A stretch of 64,000 nucleotides of DNA from Eledone cirrhosa (GCA_964016885.1 OZ024743.1:105276001-105340000), one strand, 5' to 3'. Shown: positions 1 to 11,725, counted from the first letter of the stretch. Numbers and translations: made by a program. Notes: generated by a model from the letters alone, not told the origin.

Positions 1-468
1 ACAGATATGCCACCATCCACACCAGCATCACCAACCCCATCAACCCAAACACCAACACCATCACCATCATTATCCCCAGCACCACCATCACCTACACCAC
101 AAAAGTCACCAAAATGCGAAACAGAAACAAACCCACAACAAACGCAAACAAAACAAAACAACCAAAACGATACACACTACACAGCATTAAATTTGAACAA
201 CAAGCAATTATTACACTACATCCAACACAACACCAGCATCACAGAAAAAGACTACACAACAACCCCAAAATTCACACCACCTCCACACATACAAATCACT
301 CGCATCACACAGAAAACGTACATGACACTAAAACAAAAATTCCCCAAAGACATCGGAGACTTCCGACAAGTACTCTCCAGGAGGATTTATAAGGACATCC
401 TTCCTGAGGAGGCCACAAGCAGTGAAAAGGATGGAAAAGCCGTCCTTCCCCTACGAGAAGTAAGGTAA
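1..468 (+). CDS. C-terminal part of LINE ORF1 (Pro/Thr/Gln-rich), 5' end outside the window
   Basis: Open frame to TAA 466-468. The segment ITRITQKTYMTLKQKFPKDIG aligns with MIRVPADTYKSLK*NFPKDVG at the ORF1 end of the copy near 37860-37925. Confidence 0.8.
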   Translation, partial: TDMPPSTPASPTPSTQTPTPSPSLSPAPPSPTPQKSPKCETETNPQQTQTKQNNQNDTHYTALNLNNKQLLHYIQHNTSITEKDYTTTPKFTPPPHIQITRITQKTYMTLKQKFPKDIGDFRQVLSRRIYKDILPEEATSSEKDGKAVLPLREVR

Positions 469-502
469 GTGGTCTTTCCCATCTTTTCCACTCCTTTTCA
501 AC

Positions 503-3500
503 ATGACCTCACTCAGAATAGGCAGCATAAATGCGCGTGGCTTGGAGTCGTCATGGAAGCAGGGCCACCTGCTCAACGACCTCAGGTCACTAAACATAGA
601 TGTAGTGGCCATCAGCGAGACCAGAATCTCCGAAGCACAGGCTTTCGCACCGATCTTCGGCGGCTACGATGTGTACGCATCTCCCAGCCGTCCGGGATCG
701 GGGGGAGGAGTTGCTGTGCTTTTTCGGGGAGGTTTGGATCTTGCCATACGGGCCATCTTCCTGGACCCAGAAGGTAAGTTGGTGGTGCTGGACGTAACCA
801 GCAGAGACGGGCAAGCTTTCAGGTTAGTGGCCGTCTATGCCCCGACAGGAGCAGGGCGGCCTGATTTCTTCCGGCGTCTGGAGACCTTTCTTGGAACGTC
901 CCGCTTTTTAGTGTTAGTGGGCGACTGGAACGGGATCTTAGATGCACGCTGGGATTGTGTGGGATTAGTGGATAGGAAAGGAGGGTGCAAGAGTCTCACC
1001 AACCTGCTCAGACGTTTTGAACTGTCTGACAGGTACCGAATGGATTTCCCGAATGTACCAATGTGGACTTGGACAAATCGCATAGGGTCATCCAGATCAT
1101 ATCTAGATAGAGTATTTTGTAGGGAAATAGATAGGTCTAGCATAGGCTGTCCACAATTCAAGATAGTCAGCTACACGGACCACAAATTCGTGATCTGTGT
1201 GCTTGACTTAGATAGGCTTCATAGACGAGGACCCGGCTACTGGAAGCTAAACGCGTCCTTACCAGCGCGCAAGGCCTACAGAGACCGGATTAGCGAACTA
1301 GTTAAGCGGGCGTTGACGGGGGCCATCGTCAACAACAAGTGGTGGTTTGCTCTGAAAAGAGCAATTAGAATAGAGTCCATTAGGTTTAGTAAGACTTTAG
1401 CAATAGAGAAAAATAGAGCAGAGGAAGAATTAGTTAGAAAATTAGATGAGGCGCTTAGCAAAGGCATCGCGACCGACGTACTTGCGGCGAAATTGGCCCT
1501 TGACCAATTCTTCAATGCAAAGCACGAAGGCTGCGTTGTCAGAGCTAGGGTGCGTGCTCTCAGACACGAGGGGACGAAAGCCGTTCAATGGGCCCGAGTG
1601 GCGGAGGCGCGTCGTGGCAACAAAACCACGATCCGGTCTTTGATGGACCACGACGGGCGCATGCTACTCGATCCCGGGCAAATGTGTGAAGCTTTTCAGC
1701 GACACTTCGCTCAACTTTTCGGGGGCAGTGGCGGGCCGGCTCGAGGGATGGACTTTAGTGTCTACCTCGACGGACTGCCGCGGCTTTCGGCCACTGAGGC
1801 GGAGTGTTGCGAAAAGCCGATAACAACCGCTGAAGTACGGGATGCAATGACTAGTTGCACAAGGGGTAAATCGCCTGGTTTGGATGGTCTGCCCTATGAA
1901 CTTTACGTACAAATGCCAAACTTGTTCGGAGGCCTCTTGGCGGACGTCTACTGCAACTGGCAACAGAACGGGAGAATTCCCAGCTCTGTGAGCCGAGGAG
2001 CGGTGGCGCTGCTGAGAAAGGATCCGAACAAGGGGGATAACATAGATAATTTTAGGCCCATAACTCTGCTAAACACAGAGTTCAAGATTTTGGCCAAGGT
2101 GCTAGCAAAGAGGTTGGCGCTTGTCGTTGGTGGTCTGGTGGGAGAGGCACAGACATGCGCCATTCCCGACAGATCCATCCACGACAACCTCCACCTCATG
2201 CGATACATCGTAGAGAGGGTAGCTAGGGAACCTGGCACGGGTGGGTCTTTGATCAATTTAGATCAGTCGAAAGCCTTCGATAGGGTCGACCATCGTTACC
2301 TAACGGCAGTCCTGAGGGCGGCTGGCTTTGGGCCCGTCTTCAGAGGCTGGATCGCTGCCATGCACAGCGACATCTGCTCTGTAGTGAGAGTGAACGGTCA
2401 CCTTTCGGAACCGTTCAACATCATGCGCTCGGTCCGCCAAGGATGTCCCCTCTCGTCCCTATTGTACGTATTGACTCTCGAGCCATTACTGCACAAACTG
2501 GAGACGTTGAGGGGGGTCCCGCGCGAACTAGGATGCGGAAGATCCGTGTCAGCATATGCGGACGATGTCACCGTAGTGGTGTCGAACGCCAAACACATCG
2601 AGACGATCGGCACTACACTAAGAGAATACGAAGCGGTGACAGGAGCAATGATCAACCAGGAAAAGTCAGTGGGCCTGCAGCTCGGCACCTGGAGAGGCAG
2701 GTCCATGCCGTCCAACAGCGTCGTCGGGCGCTGGACGGACGGACCGGTTAAATTGCTAGGGGTCTGGTTCGGTCCAAACCTCCAGACGGACAACAACTGG
2801 GACGAGGTGACGAGCAGGGTGGCTTCTCTCACCCAGAAATGGGCGGAGAGGAAGCTATCTCTGAAAGGTCGAGCGGAGGTGGCGAATACGTACATCGTAT
2901 CCGTCATCTACTACCGCCTGACCGTCGTACCTTGTCCTAAGCCCCGCCTGACTGCGCTGGAGCGTTTGCTCTTTCGCTTCTTGTGGAGGGGACGCGCTCT
3001 GATGGTCAGGCGGTCCATCTGCTGTCAACACCCGCTACGTGGAGGGCTGGGCATGCCGTGGCTGATGATGCGCAGACACGCGCTCAGGCTACGACATCTC
3101 CACCTCTTCCTCGACGGTGATCAGGTGTGGTCGCCGTTTGCAAGACACGTTTTTCCCCAGCTCGTCTCCTTGACGGAGCTGCAGTCCTGGGTCAAGCGAA
3201 GACCGAGAGGGAGCGCTTGGAGACTGGAATGTCTTCAGGCGCTCACTGCCCTCGACCAATCGGGCAATGTGATCGGTGGAAACTCCACCTTGGCGTTCTA
3301 TAGGGGATTAGTGGAGGGGAAGAGCGACGACGTACTTGGAGAAACTCTAGGCGTTGACGAAAATCAACTAGCCAATCTCTTCGGAAGGACTTTCGGGCCG
3401 GGGCCTATGAACAACTTCCAGAAATCCCTGGCCTGGCAGTGCTACCGAGGAGCTTTGCCAGTTCGGGATAAACTCTACAGGCATGGAGGTGCCGTCACCC

Positions 3501-3922
3501 GGGCATGTCCGAGATGCGCGCAGGGCGACGAAACCGTCCTGCACGCACTCGTCCAGTGTCCGAGCATTGCTGACTTGTGGGTTTATGTCGAACACCTGCT
3601 GTCACGTGTAGGACCTATCCAGCTATCAGCTGAGTCCATCGTGAGGATCGCCCCGCCCCCTTCCTTTAGCCTGGAAGGGCAGGCAGTTTTTATCTGTCTG
3701 GTGGCCATGGCGAAAGAGATAGTATGGTGGACACGTTTGAAAGTGCTGAAGACGAGCACTTACCTCTTCGGTGATGCCCTGATTAACTTTTTCAAATTTC
3801 ATTTGAAAAGGAAAATCAGGGTAGAGAGGGAAGTGCTCTCTTCCCAGCATTTTGTTGAAAGATGGGTGAGAGAAGCAAGTATGGCCCGAATGAATGGGCC
3901 TTCTCTGAGTATGTGTCTGTAA
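503..3922 (+). CDS. LINE ORF2: apurinic-like endonuclease, reverse transcriptase and C-terminal Zn-knuckle (Tx1/L1 type)
   Basis: 1139-aa uninterrupted ORF. APE motifs SINARGL, SET, VYAP, GDWN, YLDR, TDH. RT motifs KSPGLDG, FRPITLLN, DQSKAFDRV, RQGCPLS, YADD, LLGV. C-terminal CPRC..ETVLHALVQC. Confidence 0.97.
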   Translation: MTSLRIGSINARGLESSWKQGHLLNDLRSLNIDVVAISETRISEAQAFAPIFGGYDVYASPSRPGSGGGVAVLFRGGLDLAIRAIFLDPEGKLVVLDVTSRDGQAFRLVAVYAPTGAGRPDFFRRLETFLGTSRFLVLVGDWNGILDARWDCVGLVDRKGGCKSLTNLLRRFELSDRYRMDFPNVPMWTWTNRIGSSRSYLDRVFCREIDRSSIGCPQFKIVSYTDHKFVICVLDLDRLHRRGPGYWKLNASLPARKAYRDRISELVKRALTGAIVNNKWWFALKRAIRIESIRFSKTLAIEKNRAEEELVRKLDEALSKGIATDVLAAKLALDQFFNAKHEGCVVRARVRALRHEGTKAVQWARVAEARRGNKTTIRSLMDHDGRMLLDPGQMCEAFQRHFAQLFGGSGGPARGMDFSVYLDGLPRLSATEAECCEKPITTAEVRDAMTSCTRGKSPGLDGLPYELYVQMPNLFGGLLADVYCNWQQNGRIPSSVSRGAVALLRKDPNKGDNIDNFRPITLLNTEFKILAKVLAKRLALVVGGLVGEAQTCAIPDRSIHDNLHLMRYIVERVAREPGTGGSLINLDQSKAFDRVDHRYLTAVLRAAGFGPVFRGWIAAMHSDICSVVRVNGHLSEPFNIMRSVRQGCPLSSLLYVLTLEPLLHKLETLRGVPRELGCGRSVSAYADDVTVVVSNAKHIETIGTTLREYEAVTGAMINQEKSVGLQLGTWRGRSMPSNSVVGRWTDGPVKLLGVWFGPNLQTDNNWDEVTSRVASLTQKWAERKLSLKGRAEVANTYIVSVIYYRLTVVPCPKPRLTALERLLFRFLWRGRALMVRRSICCQHPLRGGLGMPWLMMRRHALRLRHLHLFLDGDQVWSPFARHVFPQLVSLTELQSWVKRRPRGSAWRLECLQALTALDQSGNVIGGNSTLAFYRGLVEGKSDDVLGETLGVDENQLANLFGRTFGPGPMNNFQKSLAWQCYRGALPVRDKLYRHGGAVTRACPRCAQGDETVLHALVQCPSIADLWVYVEHLLSRVGPIQLSAESIVRIAPPPSFSLEGQAVFICLVAMAKEIVWWTRLKVLKTSTYLFGDALINFFKFHLKRKIRVEREVLSSQHFVERWVREASMARMNGPSLSMCL

Positions 3923-4165
3923 ATTAAAGGTGGAAAACTGGGAGAGGGCACTTGCCCTGGTGGTCAGGGCCACTGTGGTCTTTTAATGGGCTTTCTCCAC
4001 AAATGTCCCTTGGAAGTCTCCCCCCTATTGGGGAATTTTTCTTTGTTATTTTATTTCAACCTCTGTTTTTTTACACGCAGAAATGCCCATTTGTACCGTC
4101 CTGTATTGTCCTGTAATGTCCTTAATGTCTACTTTATGTGAACCCTTGTGGTTAATAAAGAAAAC

Positions 4166-4860
4166 ATTATTATTATTATTATTATTAGTAGTAGTAGTAG
4201 TAGTGGTAGCAGTATTATTAGCAGTATTAGTAGCAGTATTAATAGTAGCAGTGATCGTAACTCATAAAAATGCTAAAGCGGGAAATCATTCCTTACAGGC
4301 CATGTCCACTTCACACTCACATTTGAGTTATGTCAAGTGTCCAGAAGATAATGGAGAAGGAATATCAAAAGAATAAAAATAAGAGAAACGATATCTTATG
4401 ATTTATAATGTTCTGATAACATTTCTTGAAAAATATTCGTTCCGTAAAAATGTTTCGCAAAATTAATATTTATGATAACGATGATGATGATAATGATAAT
4501 GATGATGATGGTGGTAGTGGTAATGATAACGTGGCCTATGTGATGATGGCTGCGTGTGTGTTGATGTTGAGTATGATGAGGATGATAGTGATGATAATAA
4601 TAATAATATAGCTTGTGGTGGTGATGATGACAATGAAACAGTAGTTGATGACTATGATGACAATGGTGATGATAATAGGGATAGTTTTGAGGTTGATCTA
4701 TTTTTTCATAATCCTAAAAGCGGATAATAATCATAATGATAAAGATAGCGATAATGATGCTCAGAGAAAAAAGTTAAAGCAATGATAACAATAATGATAA
4801 TAATAGTAGAAGAAGAAGAAGAAGAAGAAGAAGAAGAAGAAGAAGAAGAAGAAGAAGAAA
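4166..4860. repeat. Trinucleotide microsatellite patchwork (TTA/TAG/GAT/GAA)
   Basis: Visible runs, e.g. (GAA)n at 4808-4858. Confidence 0.85.
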
Positions 4861-5299
4861 CATTTTGGATGATTGTAACGATAGTGATACTAAAATGAAC
4901 AGTAAAATTAACCAGGAAATTGAAAAATATATGCTAAACGGAATCCAAAAAATTCAACTGATAAACGTTTAATTTATGTATAACTTTTGTCTTTCACATA
5001 AAATTGTTTCTGAAAACAACGTTTGGAAATGATAACAATGATAAAAGTATTGAACGGACTAGTTCTAAATATAAACAAAACGACACGCTCCAAAGAACAA
5101 CGATTAAGACAACTAAAAACAAATCAATCGGAAAAAAATCCTGGTGAAAATACTATATGACATCAGTGTAGATATTTCTCATAAAATGTATTGTTTACTG
5201 CATTTCATAATTGATATATTATGTGTTCATCGTATTTCAGCCATTCTATACCGCAAAATACGGAAGCGTGTGTCATAAACAACAGAAAGCCACTCTCAC

Positions 5300-5590
5300 C
5301 CCGCAATCACATATAGGCACATCCACAATTACACACAACCACGTACAAAAAGGACAAATATTTTATATGAAGAAATCCCACTAGTGTCTAATAAATTGAA
5401 AAAAAAAAAAAAAAAGCAAGCAACAGGAAGGCACCGGGAATTGACAAAATCTCAACTATCTGATTGAAATATTTAACAGGCACACTTGGTGTACCCGCAA
5501 AAAGGTTTAAGGAAATGTTGATGGAGACAGATATGACTTACGACTGGTTCACTAAAGGGAAAAAACGAACACGGACACTATGAATATTGA
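5300..5590 (+). pseudogene. Highly decayed non-LTR RT N-terminal fragment (possibly R4/Dong-like)
   Basis: Reads SNRKAPGIDKIS at ~5419-5455 and WFTKG at ~5545, with frameshifts between. Confidence 0.35.
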
Positions 5591-6078
5591 CACAGGAAAC
5601 CTCGGAGATCTAGTCTAAATATACACGTTAATTTTACGAGTAGGTTGTTCAGTTGTTCGAACAATGGAAAACACGGCGTCGTAACAGATGGATGTCCAAC
5701 AACAGAGTTTAGTAGTGAGTGCTATGGAGATATGAAGTGATATGTGTCAAGAAGAAATCTTTATAGACATGCAAAATTTGATTATTACCGAAGGAGACAA
5801 ATCTATTGTATGTGTAGAGGGAAATGTATATGACTGATGGTGCAGGGCAGAAAGTTCAGATCTTAAACAAGTTGTGGTAAATGCTATTTGAAAGCTTTCT
5901 GTCCAGAGGAACTGAACGGAAGTGAAAGAGAATACGAACAACGACAGTGTAGACAACAAGGATAGCAAGTCACATACGACTCTGTTGTGCATGTTCCAGG
6001 GTTTGGGTTTGTCATGGATTTAGTATTTACTTCATTTGTTTTGCACATGTTATTTCTATCTTTATTATTACAGTTTCA

Positions 6079-6276
6079 GGGCGGTGGATTATCAGTATGC
6101 TTTGCAGCATAGAATTACGGTTCTTTACGGTCTGAGTTCAAATCCCGCCGAGGTTAACTTTGCCTGTCATCCTTACGGGGTCGATAAAATAAAGCACCAG
6201 TAACGTACTGGGGTCGATTTAATCGACTCCCCCCCCCCCCAATAACTGGCCTTGTGCCTATACTAGAAATCATTAT
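6079..6276 (+). mobile_element. tRNA-derived SINE, subtype A (octopod-type, Meta/MESC-like core)
   Basis: B-box GAGTTCAAATCC, core GCCGAGGTTAACTTTGCC..CATCC..CGGGGTCGATAAAATAAAG.ACCAGT, tail GGCCTTGTGCC..TAGAAA..ATTATT. More than 10 copies in the window. Confidence 0.9.
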
Positions 6277-6283
6277 TACTTAC

Positions 6284-6470
6284 GCGGTGAATTGGCAGTA
6301 TCGGTAGAGGGTTGGATGCCATGCTTTCTAGCATAGTTACGTCCCTTTACAGTCTGAGTTCAAATCCCACCGAGGTTAACTTTGCCTTTCATCCTTACGG
6401 GGTCGATAAAATAAAGTACCAGTAATGTACTGGGTAATTGCTGGCCTTGTGCCTAAAGTAGAAACAATTA
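6284..6470 (+). mobile_element. Same SINE, subtype B (lacks the GTCGATTTAATCGAC/C-run segment)
   Basis: Same B-box and core. Flanked by the TTATTACTTAC duplication. Confidence 0.9.
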
Positions 6471-7189
6471 TTACTTACAGTTTCAATATTTCCGTTTTTG
6501 GAAGTTGTTTTCAGATTTCTTTATATATTCTGCCAAGGAAATATTCCCTTTCCATTTCTGTTATTTTGCTTTCCATTTAATGTGTATCTACTTAGGTTAG
6601 TTTACACGTAACTGTGAGTTATTCTCCTCTCAATTTCTATACGAATATATTGTCGTATTTTTAATTTGAGGTTAGTGTTTCGCCATAAAATATACATTTA
6701 GAACAGAACCAAAATCTTCTGCCTATTTAGGACTTTTGCCATTTATATGATAGATTTTAAGTGTAACTTCCAGTTTCAAATTAGTTTGTCATCAGTTTTG
6801 TCGGGTATCAGTTTCGAATTTTAATGAGTTTTGCATGCATATTTGTTCGTCAGATGTAAAACAGACATTTCCGTATAAATATTTCTATTGTATTGTGTGT
6901 ACTCTCCGTAATATATATGCAGTACGTCCATTTTCTCTCAGTTGTATTTATTTGTAAGTTGTAGCCTGTTGGTTATGTATCTGCCTGTATGATATTTATC
7001 ATTCCCACCGCACCTATTATTATAGGGATTGTTTCTAATTTCATCATCTACATTCAGGTTATTTTTATTTCCTGATCTTTATTTTCATCTCCTACTCTAT
7101 TTCCTTGATGCATATATTGTTATCTATTGGGATAGATAAAGCATGTGATTATGTTTCCCATTTACATTACAAACACAACTCATTTTTGT

Positions 7190-7312
7190 TAGGTCAGTGG
7201 ATGAGTAATGGGGAATAAGGTTTCTTGCTCAAAAACACACAGCACCGCATGAATTGTGCTAACGCCCTTAAAATTGAAAGCCGAAAACTCTAAACACTAC
7301 ACCAGATGCCTT
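7190..7312 (-). mobile_element. Decayed tRNA/CORE-type SINE head
   Basis: Reverse strand resembles the tRNA head plus the GTGT..TTGAGCAAGA segment seen at 12020-12050. Confidence 0.4.
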
Positions 7313-8619
7313 CTGTAATACCATCCCACACAGTCCTACAAAATCGGCAACAACCTAAACGACAATGTCAATATGTAGGTTGTATTGTTTGCCCCATGTA
7401 TTTAAGTAACTATCTATTTTAAATTTTCCTCTTAATTTTGAAAACCACACAGATCCTTCACAGACCCTTCACACGACACGCACACACAGATGTGCTCTAA
7501 TCGATAGAGAAAACATGGTTCTTCCATCAGATGGAAATTACTATTTGAGAGTAATTGGAACACCTCGCTTTTTCTGAAGAAAATAAGTCCTTTTCTTTCT
7601 TCACTCTCGTTCTTTAACACATTCCCAAAGCAAGGAAGCAGTTTCTTTCCTGATATATCTTTGGCTCGTCATAGTTTTCTCCAGCATCTGAGCAATATCT
7701 AAGCTTTACTTTCGTTAGAAACTCTAGCAAAAATGGCTGATGTTGCTACTGATGGTCATTCTATTTGTGTTATGTAAATTTATGTTATTGTTTTCATTTG
7801 TATGCTCCTGTATATTTAATTCAACTTTCTTTTCTCCCCATTGTATTTCATTCATTATTTCTCGCTCTGCTAGAACGAGAAGACATACCAAGGTGAATAT
7901 AAACATACACAAAATAAACAAGAAAGTAATAACAGAGTATTCTTCTCTATCTCGGGTATTAGGGAATAAGACCACACGTTCCTATATATGTAAATAATCC
8001 AGAAAAGAAAAATAACACTTATACATTGAAACTTGGTAACAAGCCAATTTTCTCTGAAACTTTGGAAGACATGTCTGCTTACAATAAAACATAGCAGAAA
8101 CAATAATAAAAGCAACATCACAAGCAATAACTAATACATCAATAATAATAACAACAGTAGCAACAACAACAGCAACAACAGCAACAACAACAATAATAAT
8201 AATACATATTTTTCAAATATGAATGCAGATGTTTAAAAAGGGCAGAAGTTTTTTTTCGTGGAAATTTCTATTTCAGAAACATCGTCTACTTTAAAGCCAC
8301 ACAAGTTTTGTCAAGTGTTTGCTATGTAACGTGGAAAGAAAAAAATGATAAATTAATGTGGAATAAAAACTGAAATTATTTCTTTTAAAATCAACCAGCC
8401 TACCTACACCAACCTTACCAATAAAAGTGATAATAGTAACAACGACAATGAAGAAAACGGTGGCGATGATAACAGCGGCAACGATAACAGCAATACTGAT
8501 AATATCGTGTTTTGTGTAAAGATTTCAATTTTTAACAATCATATTAGGAGCAATACATGACAGCCCAGAATAAACTTTCTTTATCGAAATAATAACTGTT
8601 AGTGTTTACACCTTTTTAT

Positions 8620-9560
8620 AAACGAGAAACAAGTACATTTATTCCAAACATAGAATTTTGGAAGCCTGGAATCTTTTGATGGCGTCTTGAGTTGGTGATA
8701 GGTTGCTGAAAACCTTTTACAATAAGTTATCAAGATGCTTCATAAATTGGAAGAAGATCGACGAAACGGTTGAGGAATAAACTAGGTAAGAGATGTTTTC
8801 GTAGTCTAGTCCGTTAAATTTCTGATGAGACATTTGAAAAGCTCATGCGTTGTTATGAGGAAGTATTGGTCCTTTTCTATTTGCGAATATTGGACGTACG
8901 CGTTGCAGTTCGTAGAGAAATACTTCTCTGTTGAAATGGTATTGCCAGAAATCAAGAAACAGTAGAGGGTTATGGTATTTGCCAAATGTAAAAAATGACA
9001 ATAATAATTCTCAATGATGGACCCTCTGCTTTGCAAAGTGTTTTAGGAAATTACTTCACTCTGGCCTCTGCGGTTGTGATATAAAATCAATCTTTCTTCA
9101 AATAGGACCAAGAAATTGATTGTTTTTGTTGTGTAAAACACCGCAGGTCAAAGTTTATCACAAATATATTTTTTATGCTTGTTCTGTTTGTTCAGTATCC
9201 ATTTGTCGTGTATTTTGATATTCCTTCCGATGTGGTAAAACTAGCAGGCAAATTTCGAAATATCAACATTTATTTCTTTTGAAACCTAACGAGTTTCTTT
9301 GCTTGGGTCCACTTCAGTAATCAGCTTCAACTGGTTATTATCAACTAAACAATTTTGTTTGTGATCAACTCCATTTTAAAATTTCTCGTCTCCACAACAG
9401 CATTTTGTGAATCAATGTTGAGCTGCATGTTAGTTGACGGAGCTCTAAAACAATACTTAGTCGACATTCCAAGTAGTTTCCGTTCACATGCGTTTCCTTT
9501 TAAACCATTGCATTAAAATCGCTCAAAGTTGTTATTAAATGAATCTTAAATGTAACGTAA
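8620..9560 (-). mobile_element. Decayed mariner/Tc1-type transposase relic
   Basis: Minus-strand pieces read VDNNQLKLITEVDPSKET (HTH region), ..DKW.. (WVPHEL region), EERLILYHNRR (DEKWILYDNR-like) and LISGNTISTEKY (G.TITAE.Y-like). Many stops and frameshifts. Confidence 0.6.
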
Positions 9561-11630
9561 CTAAATACCGTACGGAAAGTTGACCACACCTTTACTGTTT
9601 CCTTCATTCCAGCAATCAATTTTTAAAGAAAATTTGAAGGAACTAGGGATCAACTTTTTAACACACAGGGAAAGTGCTAATTTCCACCATTTATTTCAGC
9701 AAGTGCATCAAATTTATTTTAGAAAAGGAATTTGAGCACAGATGGACATAGAACATATCATTTAATAGAACATATCATTTCATCCCATACATTATCATTT
9801 GGATCAAATACATTCTTCACCAAAAACATTATGGAAAGTATTGATATAGCCAAACGTAACCTCAGCGTTAATATGATTCCTGGGACTATGATAATCGCTA
9901 TTGATTTACCGGAATCACTTGCCAAAGACAATGAGAAATCCACAAATAAACTGTGGATATATAATAACAAACCGTAAATAATAATTTTCAATATTTTAAA
10001 TAAGGTGTTTTCATTGAATAGTAGTTTCCCATGCAGGAAGAAAATGATACATTTATTAACAGAATGAATAAGACTGTGGCACGTTCAAGAAATTCTGAAG
10101 GGCACAAATGGTGTGTGATAAAGTATTTAGTTTTCAAAATGAAATCAACGATGCAACTTAGATTTAGCTACCGGGAAATTATATTCTACCTCTCTTCGGA
10201 CACGTCGCTATAAGTAAGCACAAAGCCCGGCACCAGTTTCTTATTGGAATTTTCGGATAAAGGGATTTTAGTCCCGAAATATTAAGACCGATAAATAAAA
10301 TAACAGGTAATACGCTAATATCCTCGCTGCCCTGAATTCCTTCAAAATCTAGCGTCCGTTTTGCATTGTTGTAGCCTGCGAATAACACTACTTTATACAC
10401 ATACTATTTTGAGCAAACTATAACACCCACTTATATATATATATGTATAATGAATAAATAAATAAATAAGCAACGTTTAATACATTATTTAATTGATTTA
10501 AGCATGTTTCATTGAAATACAGAAGGAGAGAGCATAAATTCCTCTGTATGGAAATCTTCAGAACCATTAGGTAGTATAAAAAAGATACATTTTTACTAAT
10601 CCCATGTCAAGCATTAAAAATTCGAAAACGAAAACTCTGAGCTGCCTTTTACCAATGTTATTGTTGATAATCATACCGCATTTGAGCTTTAAAATATCTG
10701 TAAAATACCTTTGGAGATGGAGAAATGTGGAAAGAGTTGATTGCAGGGCATCAAACACGTATGTCTCGCATATTGAGCGAGTGCGTTTAACCATTACGCC
10801 AAAAGGCTCATGGCTGCTAATTACCGATTTGTACAAGATTTAAGCCTTCAGCCTGAAGAGTAAATATTTGGTTGACTTAAGAAGCATTCAGAAACTGACA
10901 CATATGAAATTATAGAGATTGCTTTTCAAATTAAACATGATATTAGTGTTTGTAGTAAAATCATGAGAAATATCGCGTATGGTGTCTGCATATATTATGA
11001 TAAGTGTGAACATCAATGTGTAAGGTCAAACGGTCTGAAAACAATTCTTACTGCACAGACATAAAGAGGAAGATATTCCAGTGAACAAGTTAGTTTAGCG
11101 AGTAGATGAGGAACGATGAAGCTTAATAAATAGCGATAAAATATTCAAACAGACTTTACACTGTCTATGAATAATTAAAACTTGTAAGACTATGTTTACA
11201 TAGAGTGGGTTAATAATTCATAAGCTAAATGGCGCCTGCTGCAATGTTGTCGAAATGTGTCATCAATGTTTGGTTAGTCTCTACTGATGACATGCGATCA
11301 TAGTGTATATGACAGCATATATTAACGGACTACGAAAGGCTAGTCACATTTGTCTAATTCTTGAAAAGATATTTGCGTTATAAATTATTATACATTTTAG
11401 TTAATTGCATAATTATTGCAGTAATTCTATATCATAAAGCAGAGATTTATTCGTAGCTAAACTATTCGATTACTCGTCTTATCCTGACAGTTGACTGCAA
11501 TTTTATTGTACTCCGCCATCGTGTAAATAAGTTCCTAAATATGGCTGCCTAAATGCATTTCCTTCTTTGAAAAGAGTTTCCATATTTCTTTTCTTATTCT
11601 CCTCTACCATTCTATCTCTTCTTCTAGCTC

Positions 11631-11725
11631 TCATTCATCTTCTAATGAAGGACTAACACCCGAGACTTTAAAATACCCTTTCTACTACATCAAGCGTTAA
11701 ACTAATATATATCCTCATGTGGTGT
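11631..11725 (+). mobile_element. Decayed pLTR/HHR fragment, homologous to 25490-25600 (-)
   Basis: TCATTCATCTTCTAATGAAGGACTAACACCCGAGACTTTAAAATACCC...CAAGCGTTAA aligns with the reverse complement of 25520-25590. The core has decayed to CTAATGA/GAGA. Confidence 0.55.

Larger units (their letters stand above)
1..4165 (+). mobile_element. Tx1/L1-clade non-LTR retrotransposon, copy 1 (5' end outside the window, ORF2 intact)
   Basis: ORF1 C-terminus, then ORF2 (APE-RT-CCHC), then a ~240-nt 3' UTR with AATAAA at 4154-4159 running directly into (TTA)n/(TAG)n. Confidence 0.93.

Noticed and set aside
590-3973. Overlapping and antisense ORFs within LINE ORF2 (also within the Helitron and copy 3)
   Set aside because: Shadow frames of GC-richer coding sequence with no independent motifs.
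6079-6160. tRNA genes at SINE heads
   Set aside because: Only A/B-box remnants with no full cloverleaf, each followed by a SINE body.
9732-10843. Cluster of 60-90 aa ORFs as host exons (also 26244-26480)
   Set aside because: No recognisable domain, no consistent strand, and weak splice context.
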